24,000 nucleotides of DNA from Candidatus Bathyarchaeia archaeon (GTDB lineage Archaea; Thermoproteota; Bathyarchaeia; Bathyarchaeales; DTEX01): the NCBI GenBank assembly GCA_038859955.1, contig JAWCEH010000004.1, positions 11,196 through 35,195 of the forward strand, read 5' to 3'. This document shows, piece after piece, positions 16,034 to 23,830 of the stretch. How positions within the stretch are numbered: position 1 is the stretch's first letter; each line of letters starts with the position of its first letter. Below the pieces are notes generated by a model. It saw only the letters and a program-made list of their open reading frames with translations, was not told the origin of the DNA and ran no database searches. The position numbers were made by a program, and so were the translations under genes.

Positions 16034-16960
16034 TCACATTTCATCTTTAAAGTTACAAATATCGCGTGGCAAATCTGATAATCTTGGAAGCCCGTCCCTC
16101 GCCCCCATTCTTGTTAGGCACCTTGAAGCAACAAAGTTTCCTAAAAGACCGCACTCTTTGAGGTTTTTTCCTTTAAGAAGCCCATAAATAAAGCCGGCGC
16201 AGAAAGCATCGCCAGCACCAGTTGTATCAACAACTTCAACTTTAAATGGCTCAATTAAATGGCTTTCGCAGCCATCTGTGACATAACAACCCCTCTCCCC
16301 CAACTTAACTGCCACAATATTTGCTCCTTCTTCGAGTAAGGTTTCCGCGCCCTCACGGTAATCTTTACCTGTTAAAAGGCGTACCTCACCTTCACTTGGA
16401 AGAACGGCATAGCATCTTTTTATAATAGGTTTAAGGGCATCTAGACCCTTATGCGCATAAATAACCCCTGGGTCAAGCGTTATTTTAACCTCTGAAATTT
16501 TCTCCACAATTTTCTTTTGAGCTTCAAAGGGCACCTCGCCAGCGAAGGATGTTAGATGTAAGATTTTTGCATCTCTTACATATTCAAGATTAATTTCATC
16601 GTATCTCAATGTATCGTTGACGCCGGGATCCAAGTATAATGCTCTTCTCCCTTTTTGGTCAACGAAGCCTATAACTGATCCACTTCTGCCAGTTTTAGAG
16701 ATAATTATACCATTTGTGTCAACCCCTTCATCTATGAAGGATTTTAGGAGGAATTCGCCCTCTCTATCCTCCGCAATCTTACCAATGTAGCCTACCTTTA
16801 CGCCGAGCCGTACTAAACCCACGGCTGTATTTGCAGCTGAGCCACCTGGGGTTTCCTTAAAATCCAGTATTACACTCTCTTCATCGGCTCCAGCTAACCT
16901 ATCAACTTTATAAAGTTTATCGACATTTAATGCTCCAAAACAGACTACTTCAAGTTTCAT
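16034..16960 (-). CDS. PfkB-family carbohydrate/nucleoside kinase
   Basis: PfkB signature 1 is [16 protein letters not shown] and signature 2 is [16 protein letters not shown]. Its ATG overlaps the Ftr TGA (ATGA). Confidence 0.85.
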   Translation of the reverse strand: MKLEVVCFGALNVDKLYKVDRLAGADEESVILDFKETPGGSAANTAVGLVRLGVKVGYIGKIAEDREGEFLLKSFIDEGVDTNGIIISKTGRSGSVIGFVDQKGRRALYLDPGVNDTLRYDEINLEYVRDAKILHLTSFAGEVPFEAQKKIVEKISEVKITLDPGVIYAHKGLDALKPIIKRCYAVLPSEGEVRLLTGKDYREGAETLLEEGANIVAVKLGERGCYVTDGCESHLIEPFKVEVVDTTGAGDAFCAGFIYGLLKGKNLKECGLLGNFVASRCLTRMGARDGLPRLSDLPRDICNFKDEM

Positions 16961-17862
16961 GATAATATCTCTCTCAGGTAGATTATATATTTGCCAAGTT
17001 TCCCACCATAGTTTCCAGCTGAAATTCTAACAACCCCCTTGACGGATGAGGCAGCTTTGATGCCAACTTTTATTGCTTCTTTAACAGAATCTAAGGTCAG
17101 TCCATTAATCACTATCTCTGGTATATAGCGAACTCCCTCTGGAACTTTCGATTCCATACCGAGTTTACTTTTAAGTGAAGGGCAATAGGGATGGTTTGTT
17201 GTTGGACCTATTTGTGGGAACTTTGTCTCAGGTTTTGAGCCCGCTGAGCATATATCAAATGGGGTGACTACACCCTCAACGTGGCTTATGGCTTTTAGAA
17301 CCTTTCTTCCAGCCTCTAAAACAACCCTCTTTGTTCGGCACATATACCAGAAGTTTCCGCCCATAACCCCACGGCCATAACCTATGAAGCGCTCAATTTT
17401 AAAGTCGGGGACCATTATTGGCACAATTATCATTTCACGCCCATATTGTTTCTCGATCCACTCGTATCCGTCACCACAGTGTCCTATCAACTCTAGAGTA
17501 TCTATTTTACCTATCGGGCTTGGACAAGCATCGAAAACTGCTGTAAATGGCTTAACAAGTATATCTTGCCTAACTCTGTAAGAAAATTCTCTATAAAACT
17601 TTTTAATGACTTCTTCGATAGGTTTTCTCTCGTCTACTCCGCTCCAGAACTGCAGTATTACACCTAAGCGTCCATCTGGTGTCTCATTTTTCGGAACCCA
17701 GCGTTCAATCCCACCTTCAATCCGACCTATAACTGTTGAAGGTGTTGCGGTTGAGTCTTCAGCAGCTCTCATGAGAATGCCTTTATCGTTTGCAGTGACA
17801 AGGACTCTAAAGTATAATCCTTCAAAGGCTTCCACATAAGTATCTTCAATAAACACATTCAT
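16957..17862 (-). CDS. ftr: Formylmethanofuran:tetrahydromethanopterin formyltransferase family (Ftr or an Ftr paralogue)
   Basis: It is collinear with Ftr throughout: [43 protein letters not shown] and [24 protein letters not shown] Shine-Dalgarno lies 4 nt upstream of the ATG. Confidence 0.85.
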   Translation of the reverse strand: MNVFIEDTYVEAFEGLYFRVLVTANDKGILMRAAEDSTATPSTVIGRIEGGIERWVPKNETPDGRLGVILQFWSGVDERKPIEEVIKKFYREFSYRVRQDILVKPFTAVFDACPSPIGKIDTLELIGHCGDGYEWIEKQYGREMIIVPIMVPDFKIERFIGYGRGVMGGNFWYMCRTKRVVLEAGRKVLKAISHVEGVVTPFDICSAGSKPETKFPQIGPTTNHPYCPSLKSKLGMESKVPEGVRYIPEIVINGLTLDSVKEAIKVGIKAASSVKGVVRISAGNYGGKLGKYIIYLREILS

Positions 17863-17933
17863 TTAAATCACCATTTATATCAGAAAAAGAGGGTTTTAAG
17901 GTGTGATTTTAGGATTATCTGTCGATTAAGTGG

Positions 17934-18002
17934 CTATTTCTTAGGCTCTTCAGTCTTCTTTTCCTCAGTCTTCTTCTTTTTCTTTCCTCCGCAGCAGGAC
18001 AT
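17934..18002 (-). CDS. Candidate 22-aa micro-protein MSCCGGKKKKKTEEKKTEEPKK
   Basis: The ORF runs from ATG 18002-18000 to TAG 17936-17934. GGTGAG lies 5 nt upstream, the same Shine-Dalgarno and spacing seen at neighbouring genes. It sits in the only sizeable gap of the operon. It is too short for the ORF track and was translated by hand. Confidence 0.35.
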   Translation of the reverse strand: MSCCGGKKKKKTEEKKTEEPKK

Positions 18003-18069
18003 AATTACTCACCAAATCGATTGTTCTCAAAATTTCCTTTTATGATTTTCTATTATGCTATTTCGTTCA

Positions 18070-19149
18070 TTAGCCTAGAGCCCCTATCGCTTCTCCCCTA
18101 ATGGTTTTTCTGAAGGCTGTGCTCTCATGTATTAGCCGATCAATGTTCTGTGGGGTTATTCTTTCTACCCATGGAGTTTTCTCTGGATGCAAGCTTTTTA
18201 TGCGTTCAATTAAAAATGGACTGCAGTAATCTTCTAGCATAGATACGCTCCAGTTTTCCGCTAGATTGAGTACGTGTTCTTTGCCAAACCTCTTGAATTG
18301 TTCAGCTAATACAGCAAGTACAATTACATGATGCGATAGCACAGCGATTTCGGCTTCCCTAATAGCATATTGGTTCCCGTTGAATGAAACCGTTAAGCCT
18401 CCGCTTTTTCTAACAAGTCTAAAAGGTTCAACATCTGTTATACTATCACCTACATAAATGATTGATGAGAGTTCCCCGCCTAAAATAGTAGCAATATCCC
18501 TAACTGCCCTAGCCTTTTCATACCCACCAACCGGGTTAATATCTCTTAATGCTGCTCCTATTTTCATTTTCATAATTTCATCCCAAAAGATTTCGTCAAG
18601 ACGTTTTATTGTCCTCCGGGTTTCTGGCGGTAGATCACCTAGTGACTTTGCACCTTGAGGGATTTCTATCATAGGCATCTCGATTATCTCTTTTCTTAGA
18701 ACCTTTAGTCGCTCAATTTCCTCCTTTGGCACAATATACTTATCTATATCAATTTTAGTACAGTAAACGTTCTCTTTTGGGAAATCTATAGCATCACACA
18801 GGGCATTTATATAGGGCTCATAACTTGTGCTAACTATGAACGAGGGCATTATCGATCTAATATAGTGCAGTGCTTCACCGGCTCCGGGAACCACCAGTAG
18901 GGTTTCCGATGAGAAGCGCCTCATCATCTCGTTAGTTGCGCCATAAGCCTTCAGGAATGGCGCTATAAGCTTGAGGGTATCTCCAGCTTTATATCCTGGT
19001 CTCTTAACTATGTCAGCTAAAATATCATCATATCTGCTTATTTGAGTGAAAAACTTATCACCGTTCGGAATAAGCCAACAGGAGAGTTCGAATGCGTTAT
19101 CATTTTTTGAAATAGGTCCCTCGCAGTCAGTTACAAAAATTTTCATCAT
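18070..19149 (-). CDS. HAD-superfamily-like protein with a DCEGP motif (I recall this family being annotated EhaR)
   Basis: The HAD motif I variant is IFVTDCEGP and motif IV is YVGDSITDVEP, with a large cap region between them. Its ATG overlaps the PurD-like TGA (ATGA). Confidence 0.6.
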   Translation of the reverse strand: MMKIFVTDCEGPISKNDNAFELSCWLIPNGDKFFTQISRYDDILADIVKRPGYKAGDTLKLIAPFLKAYGATNEMMRRFSSETLLVVPGAGEALHYIRSIMPSFIVSTSYEPYINALCDAIDFPKENVYCTKIDIDKYIVPKEEIERLKVLRKEIIEMPMIEIPQGAKSLGDLPPETRRTIKRLDEIFWDEIMKMKIGAALRDINPVGGYEKARAVRDIATILGGELSSIIYVGDSITDVEPFRLVRKSGGLTVSFNGNQYAIREAEIAVLSHHVIVLAVLAEQFKRFGKEHVLNLAENWSVSMLEDYCSPFLIERIKSLHPEKTPWVERITPQNIDRLIHESTAFRKTIRGEAIGALG

Positions 19150-20561
19150 AACTGTTTCCTCAAGAGTTCCATATGCATTATGCTTCGCTCAATATGCTCC
19201 TTTGAGGCTATATCTGTCCTATACCAAAGAGCTCCTCCCTTAATGGCCTTTATTCCCTCCATGGCTATTTCACGTGCGCTTTGAATGTCATCGCCAATGC
19301 CAACGGTACATACTGCTCTAGAAGACAGCGCGTATGTTTTCCCATTCTCACGAATCTCCATTGAACCTGGATAAACTCTAATATTATCACCATGTTTGGT
19401 TGATAGCTTTTCAGCCGACTCTAGGATAACTGGCGTGCCTATCTCGCTCTTATTAACTAGGTGTGGAAAAGCGTCTATATAGCCGCCATATTTGGGGGGA
19501 ACCTTATAAATTACAACAGCAGCCTTCTCATCAATATTTACACGTGTTAGAGTCCCCTCAATCATTCTAAAGCATATCTCAACAAAATCATCTTTTAAAA
19601 GTGATAGGATTGGTATTATCTCCGGGTCGCCTGGCCTACTATTATTTTCCAGAATCATTGGCCCCTTACTCGTGTGTATAAATGCTTCGTAAAACGGTAT
19701 CCCCCGAAGACTTGGATTCGAGCTTCCACCCCTAAGCTTCTCAAATATTTTCTCAACAATAATCCTCTCTTTCTCCCAATCCTCAGTTCTCATGAATGGC
19801 AAAACATATCCCCTATCTTTATATGTGCCCATGCCGCCAGTGTTTGGTCCTCTGTCACCATCGAAAGCTCTTTTATAGTCCCTCGTTTCCGGCAATGGAA
19901 CGATATGTTTGCCATCGCAAAAGGCCTGAAAACTTGATTCCTCACCCTCAATTTTCTCCTCAACTATAACTGGCCCAAACTTAAAGTTGGCTAAGAAGTG
20001 CTCTAAAATTTCCTCGCGAGTATTAAAGTGATCTCCCCAAACTCCAACGCCCTTACCGGCAGCAGGAGCATCTGGTTTAACAGCCACCTTATTCTCGAGT
20101 TCATCTAACCATTTAAACAAGTCCCTTTTGACATCATCTAGATCCCTATAGTCTTTAGGGTCAAAGACCTTAAACCTCGGATTTACCTCCGGGGCAACTT
20201 CCTGAAAGAGTGTCCTCTGTGCAACCTTGCTCTTTTCAAGAGCATAATCCTTAGTTGGGCAGATTATTGGAATGTGAAGTTTACTCTCAATTAAATCCCT
20301 TACGCCTTCGATTATTGGCTTTTCTGGGCCAACTATTCCGAAGTCAATTTTATCCTTATGCTTTTCAGTAAAACTGTATATGGCATTAACATTGAGATCC
20401 GGGATTACAACATGCTCTTTAGCCCTATTAACATTAAATGGATTTCTCTGCTTATCAGCAATATAGAGCTCAACAGTGTACTCTTGGCTTCTCATGAAAG
20501 CATCAACCATAGCAGCCTCCCTAGAACCATAGGAAATGACGAGAATGCCAACGCGCTCCAT
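19146..20561 (-). CDS. purD: Phosphoribosylamine-glycine ligase (PurD)-family ATP-grasp enzyme
   Basis: Motifs: GPEKPIIEGVRD, VKPDAPAAGKGVGV and the GARS signature-like SRPGDPEII. The start was re-called to ATG 20561 (MERVGILV), which follows GGTGAT by 4 nt. The track's TTG at 20579 is probably an over-extension. Confidence 0.8.
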   Translation of the reverse strand: MERVGILVISYGSREAAMVDAFMRSQEYTVELYIADKQRNPFNVNRAKEHVVIPDLNVNAIYSFTEKHKDKIDFGIVGPEKPIIEGVRDLIESKLHIPIICPTKDYALEKSKVAQRTLFQEVAPEVNPRFKVFDPKDYRDLDDVKRDLFKWLDELENKVAVKPDAPAAGKGVGVWGDHFNTREEILEHFLANFKFGPVIVEEKIEGEESSFQAFCDGKHIVPLPETRDYKRAFDGDRGPNTGGMGTYKDRGYVLPFMRTEDWEKERIIVEKIFEKLRGGSSNPSLRGIPFYEAFIHTSKGPMILENNSRPGDPEIIPILSLLKDDFVEICFRMIEGTLTRVNIDEKAAVVIYKVPPKYGGYIDAFPHLVNKSEIGTPVILESAEKLSTKHGDNIRVYPGSMEIRENGKTYALSSRAVCTVGIGDDIQSAREIAMEGIKAIKGGALWYRTDIASKEHIERSIMHMELLRKQL

Positions 20562-20775
20562 CAGTATCACCACTTGCAATCTATTAGATTTAGTAATTCA
20601 TCTACGTAAAAGTTTTATGAGTCCGTTACAATCTCCCTGAAATTAAAGATAGGGGTTCTTTCCTCCCTTATCACAACTGAGCTTCGACTAGATCAGTTAT
20701 TACCTTGGAAGATAGCAAGTCTTTTAAGGATACCATGTATTAAAGAAGGAATTGGTTAAAGAGGAAAGATGCCTT

Positions 20776-21984
20776 ATGAAAGATCCCCCTGCAGTAATCG
20801 GTGTAGGTAGAACTAGATTTGGTGAGCATTACGAGCTGGATCCAGAAGACTTGATTGATGAGGCTGGCTTAATGGCTTTGGATTCTGCTGGAATAGAGCG
20901 CAAAGATTTAGATGCCTGCTTTATTTCAGACTATCTTTTACAAGTTACTAACAAGATAGGTTTAGAGGAGGGGTTCATATCTCAGCTACTAGAGATGAAT
21001 GTACCCATTGAGAGGATGAGATCCTTTAGCTCAGCGCTACTTAATGCCTGTAATGCCATAGAAGCCGGCAAATACGAGGTTGTTCTCGTTGGTGGGATGG
21101 AAAAGATGACCGATAGATGGAGTAAAATTAGGGATAACTTAATGCTCCTTGTGGATCACTGGAGCTACTATGCTGGTGGGACGCCTGAAACTAATCATGA
21201 ATTGCTTCTTAGAGAATATATAAAGGAATATAATATACACGGTGACGACCAGCAGAAGCTCATGACGACGCTTGCCCACATATCCGTTAAGAACCACCGT
21301 AATGCAGTATGGAATGAATATGCGCATTTCCGTAGGGAAATAGATGTCAAAAGGGTTTTTGCAGCTAGGGCTGAAGAGCGAAAAACTCTAGGGTTATACG
21401 ATTTTGCTCCTATATCCGACGGTGCAACCGCCCTGATATTAGCAAGTCCCCGAAGGGCTAAGGAATACACTGATAACATGGTATATGTTCTTGCCTCATC
21501 TCTAGCAACAGATTTCATTTCATATCCATCTAGGTCGCATAGAGCCGGTTTCATTGCAAGTAGGATAGCTATGGAAAAAGCCTTAAAAATGGCGAATATA
21601 AGCCTAAATGACATAAAACTGCTGGAGGTTTACGATCAATCAACAGTTCTCGAGATGATATCGCTTGAAGATCTAGGTTTTGTCGAGAAGGGTACTGCCT
21701 GGATAAAACTCTATGAGAATTTTGAAGACTTTAAGGGGTTCTACGATGCTGACGGAAAGCAAGTTTACGTGAATACAAATGGCGGATTGAAAGCTGATGG
21801 AAACCCGCTTGGTGCAACAGGTGGGGCGCAGGTCTTTGAGGTTGTGAAGCAAATTAAGGGTGAAGCGGGTCAGAGACAAATTAAGCCGGATGGCGATCTA
21901 CTTTATGGCTGTGTTCAAGAGATCGAAGGTTTTGGAACAAAAGTTTACGTTCATATTTTAGGGAGGGAGAAGAGTGGGCAGTGA
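20776..21984 (+). CDS. Thiolase-like protein (archaeal SCP-x type) with an apparently degenerate active site
   Basis: Thiolase-fold motifs are present: VVLVGGMEKMTD, PISDGATALILAS and NTNGGLKADGNPLGATG, the last being thiolase signature 2 with His replaced by Asn. The start was re-called to ATG 20776 (MKDPPAVIGVGRTRFG). Confidence 0.8.
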   Translation: MKDPPAVIGVGRTRFGEHYELDPEDLIDEAGLMALDSAGIERKDLDACFISDYLLQVTNKIGLEEGFISQLLEMNVPIERMRSFSSALLNACNAIEAGKYEVVLVGGMEKMTDRWSKIRDNLMLLVDHWSYYAGGTPETNHELLLREYIKEYNIHGDDQQKLMTTLAHISVKNHRNAVWNEYAHFRREIDVKRVFAARAEERKTLGLYDFAPISDGATALILASPRRAKEYTDNMVYVLASSLATDFISYPSRSHRAGFIASRIAMEKALKMANISLNDIKLLEVYDQSTVLEMISLEDLGFVEKGTAWIKLYENFEDFKGFYDADGKQVYVNTNGGLKADGNPLGATGGAQVFEVVKQIKGEAGQRQIKPDGDLLYGCVQEIEGFGTKVYVHILGREKSGQ

Positions 21985-23488
21985 ACCAATAGAGAGAAGA
22001 GTTTCATATGTAGGGGATAGGCTTAAGGGTAGTAGGTGTCCCTTCTGTGGAAAAGAATACTTCAGAACCAGAAAGTACTGCGGGAACTGCGGCAGGAAAA
22101 GTCTCGGTAAGATGGAGGACGTAGACTTCTTCTATGAGAAGGGGGTTCTCGAAACATGCACAGTTGTTAGGGAGCCAACTAATAGATTCACGAGACTTGG
22201 AGCATACATTTATGGAGTAATATCCTTTCATGATGGGAAAGTTAGGGTGCCTGGAAGATTAACTGATATGATTATAGGAAGCGACGAATCTATAAACCCC
22301 GAGGATTTTGAAGGCAGAGAGGTTATTCCAAGATTTAGGCGTAGATACTCGGTTGATAGAAGCGATATCATTCCAACAATCTCTTTAGCATTTACATTTG
22401 CTGATGAATACTATCCATTTCAGCAGTATGAGATAGTTAAGCCAAATAAGGAATATGATGCGCCGGGAATAGTGGGCTACGGCGTATATATTTCGAGGTT
22501 TAGAATAAAGGAGGGTACAATAGAGCGTTCAGTTCCATTCATGGATGAAGATGCTATAACGGCGGCTGTTGAATCTGGAAAGCTTGCATTAATACATTCA
22601 GGCGTAGACCACAGGCTTGTAGGCAAAATCTATGTGGGATCAGAGTCTAATCCATATGCTGTTAATCCAATAGCATCAAAAGTTGCGCAGGTTCTTAAAC
22701 TCGGCGAGGAGGAAAAGGCTGAGGGAGTTCAGGGCGTTGACGCTGTTGATACGGAATTTGCATGTAAGGCTGCAACAAGCATGTTTAAAGATGCTATGGC
22801 CCTAACGTACTATCAGAGAGATCCAACGGATTACGTGATGGTTATTGGTGCAGATAATGCCCAGGCAGCGCCGAGGGGTGAACCAGGTGGCGAACTAGAC
22901 TTCTTCGTTGGTTTCGGAGGAGCAGCCTTCATATTCGGGATGAAAGATGTTATTGCTGAGGTTGAGGGATGGTATTCATGTACATCTGATACACCTGACT
23001 TCTGGAGAAGGGATCTCGAGCCGTATCCACGGCATGGCGGGCGTTTTACCGGTGAACCAGCCTACTTCAAGCATATTATAAAAGCTGGCAGAAAACTAAT
23101 GGAAAAAATGAATCTCAAACCCAGCGATATAGACTACTTTGTTTGCCACCAGCCTAATCCGGCATTTCCCGCTAGGGCTGCGGCAACACTAGGCTTTAAA
23201 CCCGAACAATATACACTAGGTCTACAAGTTTCGAAGTTTGGTAACACATATTCCGGTTCCTCGCCAATAGGCTTAGCGGCTATATTAGATCAAGCCGAGC
23301 CCCATAAGAGAATAATGATTGTTAGCTATGGTTCAGGAGCGGGAAGTGACGCGTATGTATTTGTGACTACAAGTCAAATTAAAGACAAGAGGGATCGCCA
23401 AAAATTCACTGTTAAACATCAAGCTGAAAATAAATTTATTAAATATATAGATTACGCAACTTACAGGAGATTTAAAGAGGGTCTTTGA
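21974..23488 (+). CDS. Fusion of a DUF35 (Zn-ribbon plus OB) domain to archaeal HMG-CoA synthase
   Basis: The N-terminus carries CPFCGKEYFRTRKYCGNCG followed by an OB-like segment (GVLETCTVV...YIYGVISF..GKVRVPGRL). From about residue 160 it is collinear with archaeal HMGCS: GIVGYGVYISRFRI, YVGSESNPYA, EFACKAAT, DTPDFWRR..PYPRHGGRFTGEPAYFKH, CHQPN, GNTYSGS and SYGSGAGSD. The GTG start follows GGGAGGGAG by 4 nt, giving an 11-nt overlap with the thiolase-like gene. Confidence 0.85.
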   Translation: MGSEPIERRVSYVGDRLKGSRCPFCGKEYFRTRKYCGNCGRKSLGKMEDVDFFYEKGVLETCTVVREPTNRFTRLGAYIYGVISFHDGKVRVPGRLTDMIIGSDESINPEDFEGREVIPRFRRRYSVDRSDIIPTISLAFTFADEYYPFQQYEIVKPNKEYDAPGIVGYGVYISRFRIKEGTIERSVPFMDEDAITAAVESGKLALIHSGVDHRLVGKIYVGSESNPYAVNPIASKVAQVLKLGEEEKAEGVQGVDAVDTEFACKAATSMFKDAMALTYYQRDPTDYVMVIGADNAQAAPRGEPGGELDFFVGFGGAAFIFGMKDVIAEVEGWYSCTSDTPDFWRRDLEPYPRHGGRFTGEPAYFKHIIKAGRKLMEKMNLKPSDIDYFVCHQPNPAFPARAAATLGFKPEQYTLGLQVSKFGNTYSGSSPIGLAAILDQAEPHKRIMIVSYGSGAGSDAYVFVTTSQIKDKRDRQKFTVKHQAENKFIKYIDYATYRRFKEGL

Positions 23489-23641
23489 GAGCATCACACA
23501 GAATACTGGAAATGCAAAAACTTATATTTGACGTTAACTCTTTATTTTAACCACTAACATCAGAGCGGTTAAGCCGGGAAGACAATACTTCTCGACTTCT
23601 CTGCTTTGGTGTTAGTTCCGCGATACAGGACGAAAAAATAG

Positions 23642-23830
23642 ATGCTGACCGAGATAAGAATACTAAGGGGATCATTTAAGCTAGCGAGAGCAGAAAGGCT
23701 ATTTTTAGACGATTCAGAGGCGCCAAAAGCGGTTTTTCCTACACACTCTTCTACTAAAGTATTAAGGTTCAGCGTTTCTGCTCCTGGGATCGCGGAAAAA
23801 GACGCAACAGGAGGGATAGATTTAGAATGA
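23642..23830 (+). CDS. Doubtful 62-aa ORF upstream of the SSB gene
   Basis: Its only support is that its TGA overlaps the SSB ATG (ATGA at 23827-23830). I recognised no motifs and its Shine-Dalgarno is weak. The region may instead be a 5' UTR or ncRNA. Confidence 0.2.
   Translation: MLTEIRILRGSFKLARAERLFLDDSEAPKAVFPTHSSTKVLRFSVSAPGIAEKDATGGIDLE

Noticed and set aside
17384-20609. Plus-strand ORFs 17384-17581, 17606-17839, 18458-18658, 19046-19243, 19674-19937 and 20358-20609.
   Set aside because: They are antisense to the Ftr, HAD-like and PurD-like genes, and nothing supports them.
21139-22231. Minus-strand ORFs 21139-21327, 21195-21614 (139 aa), 21673-21879 and 22004-22231.
   Set aside because: They are antisense to the thiolase-like and DUF35::HMGCS genes. 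The 139-aa ORF is the longest, but it has no motifs and lies fully within a strongly supported gene.
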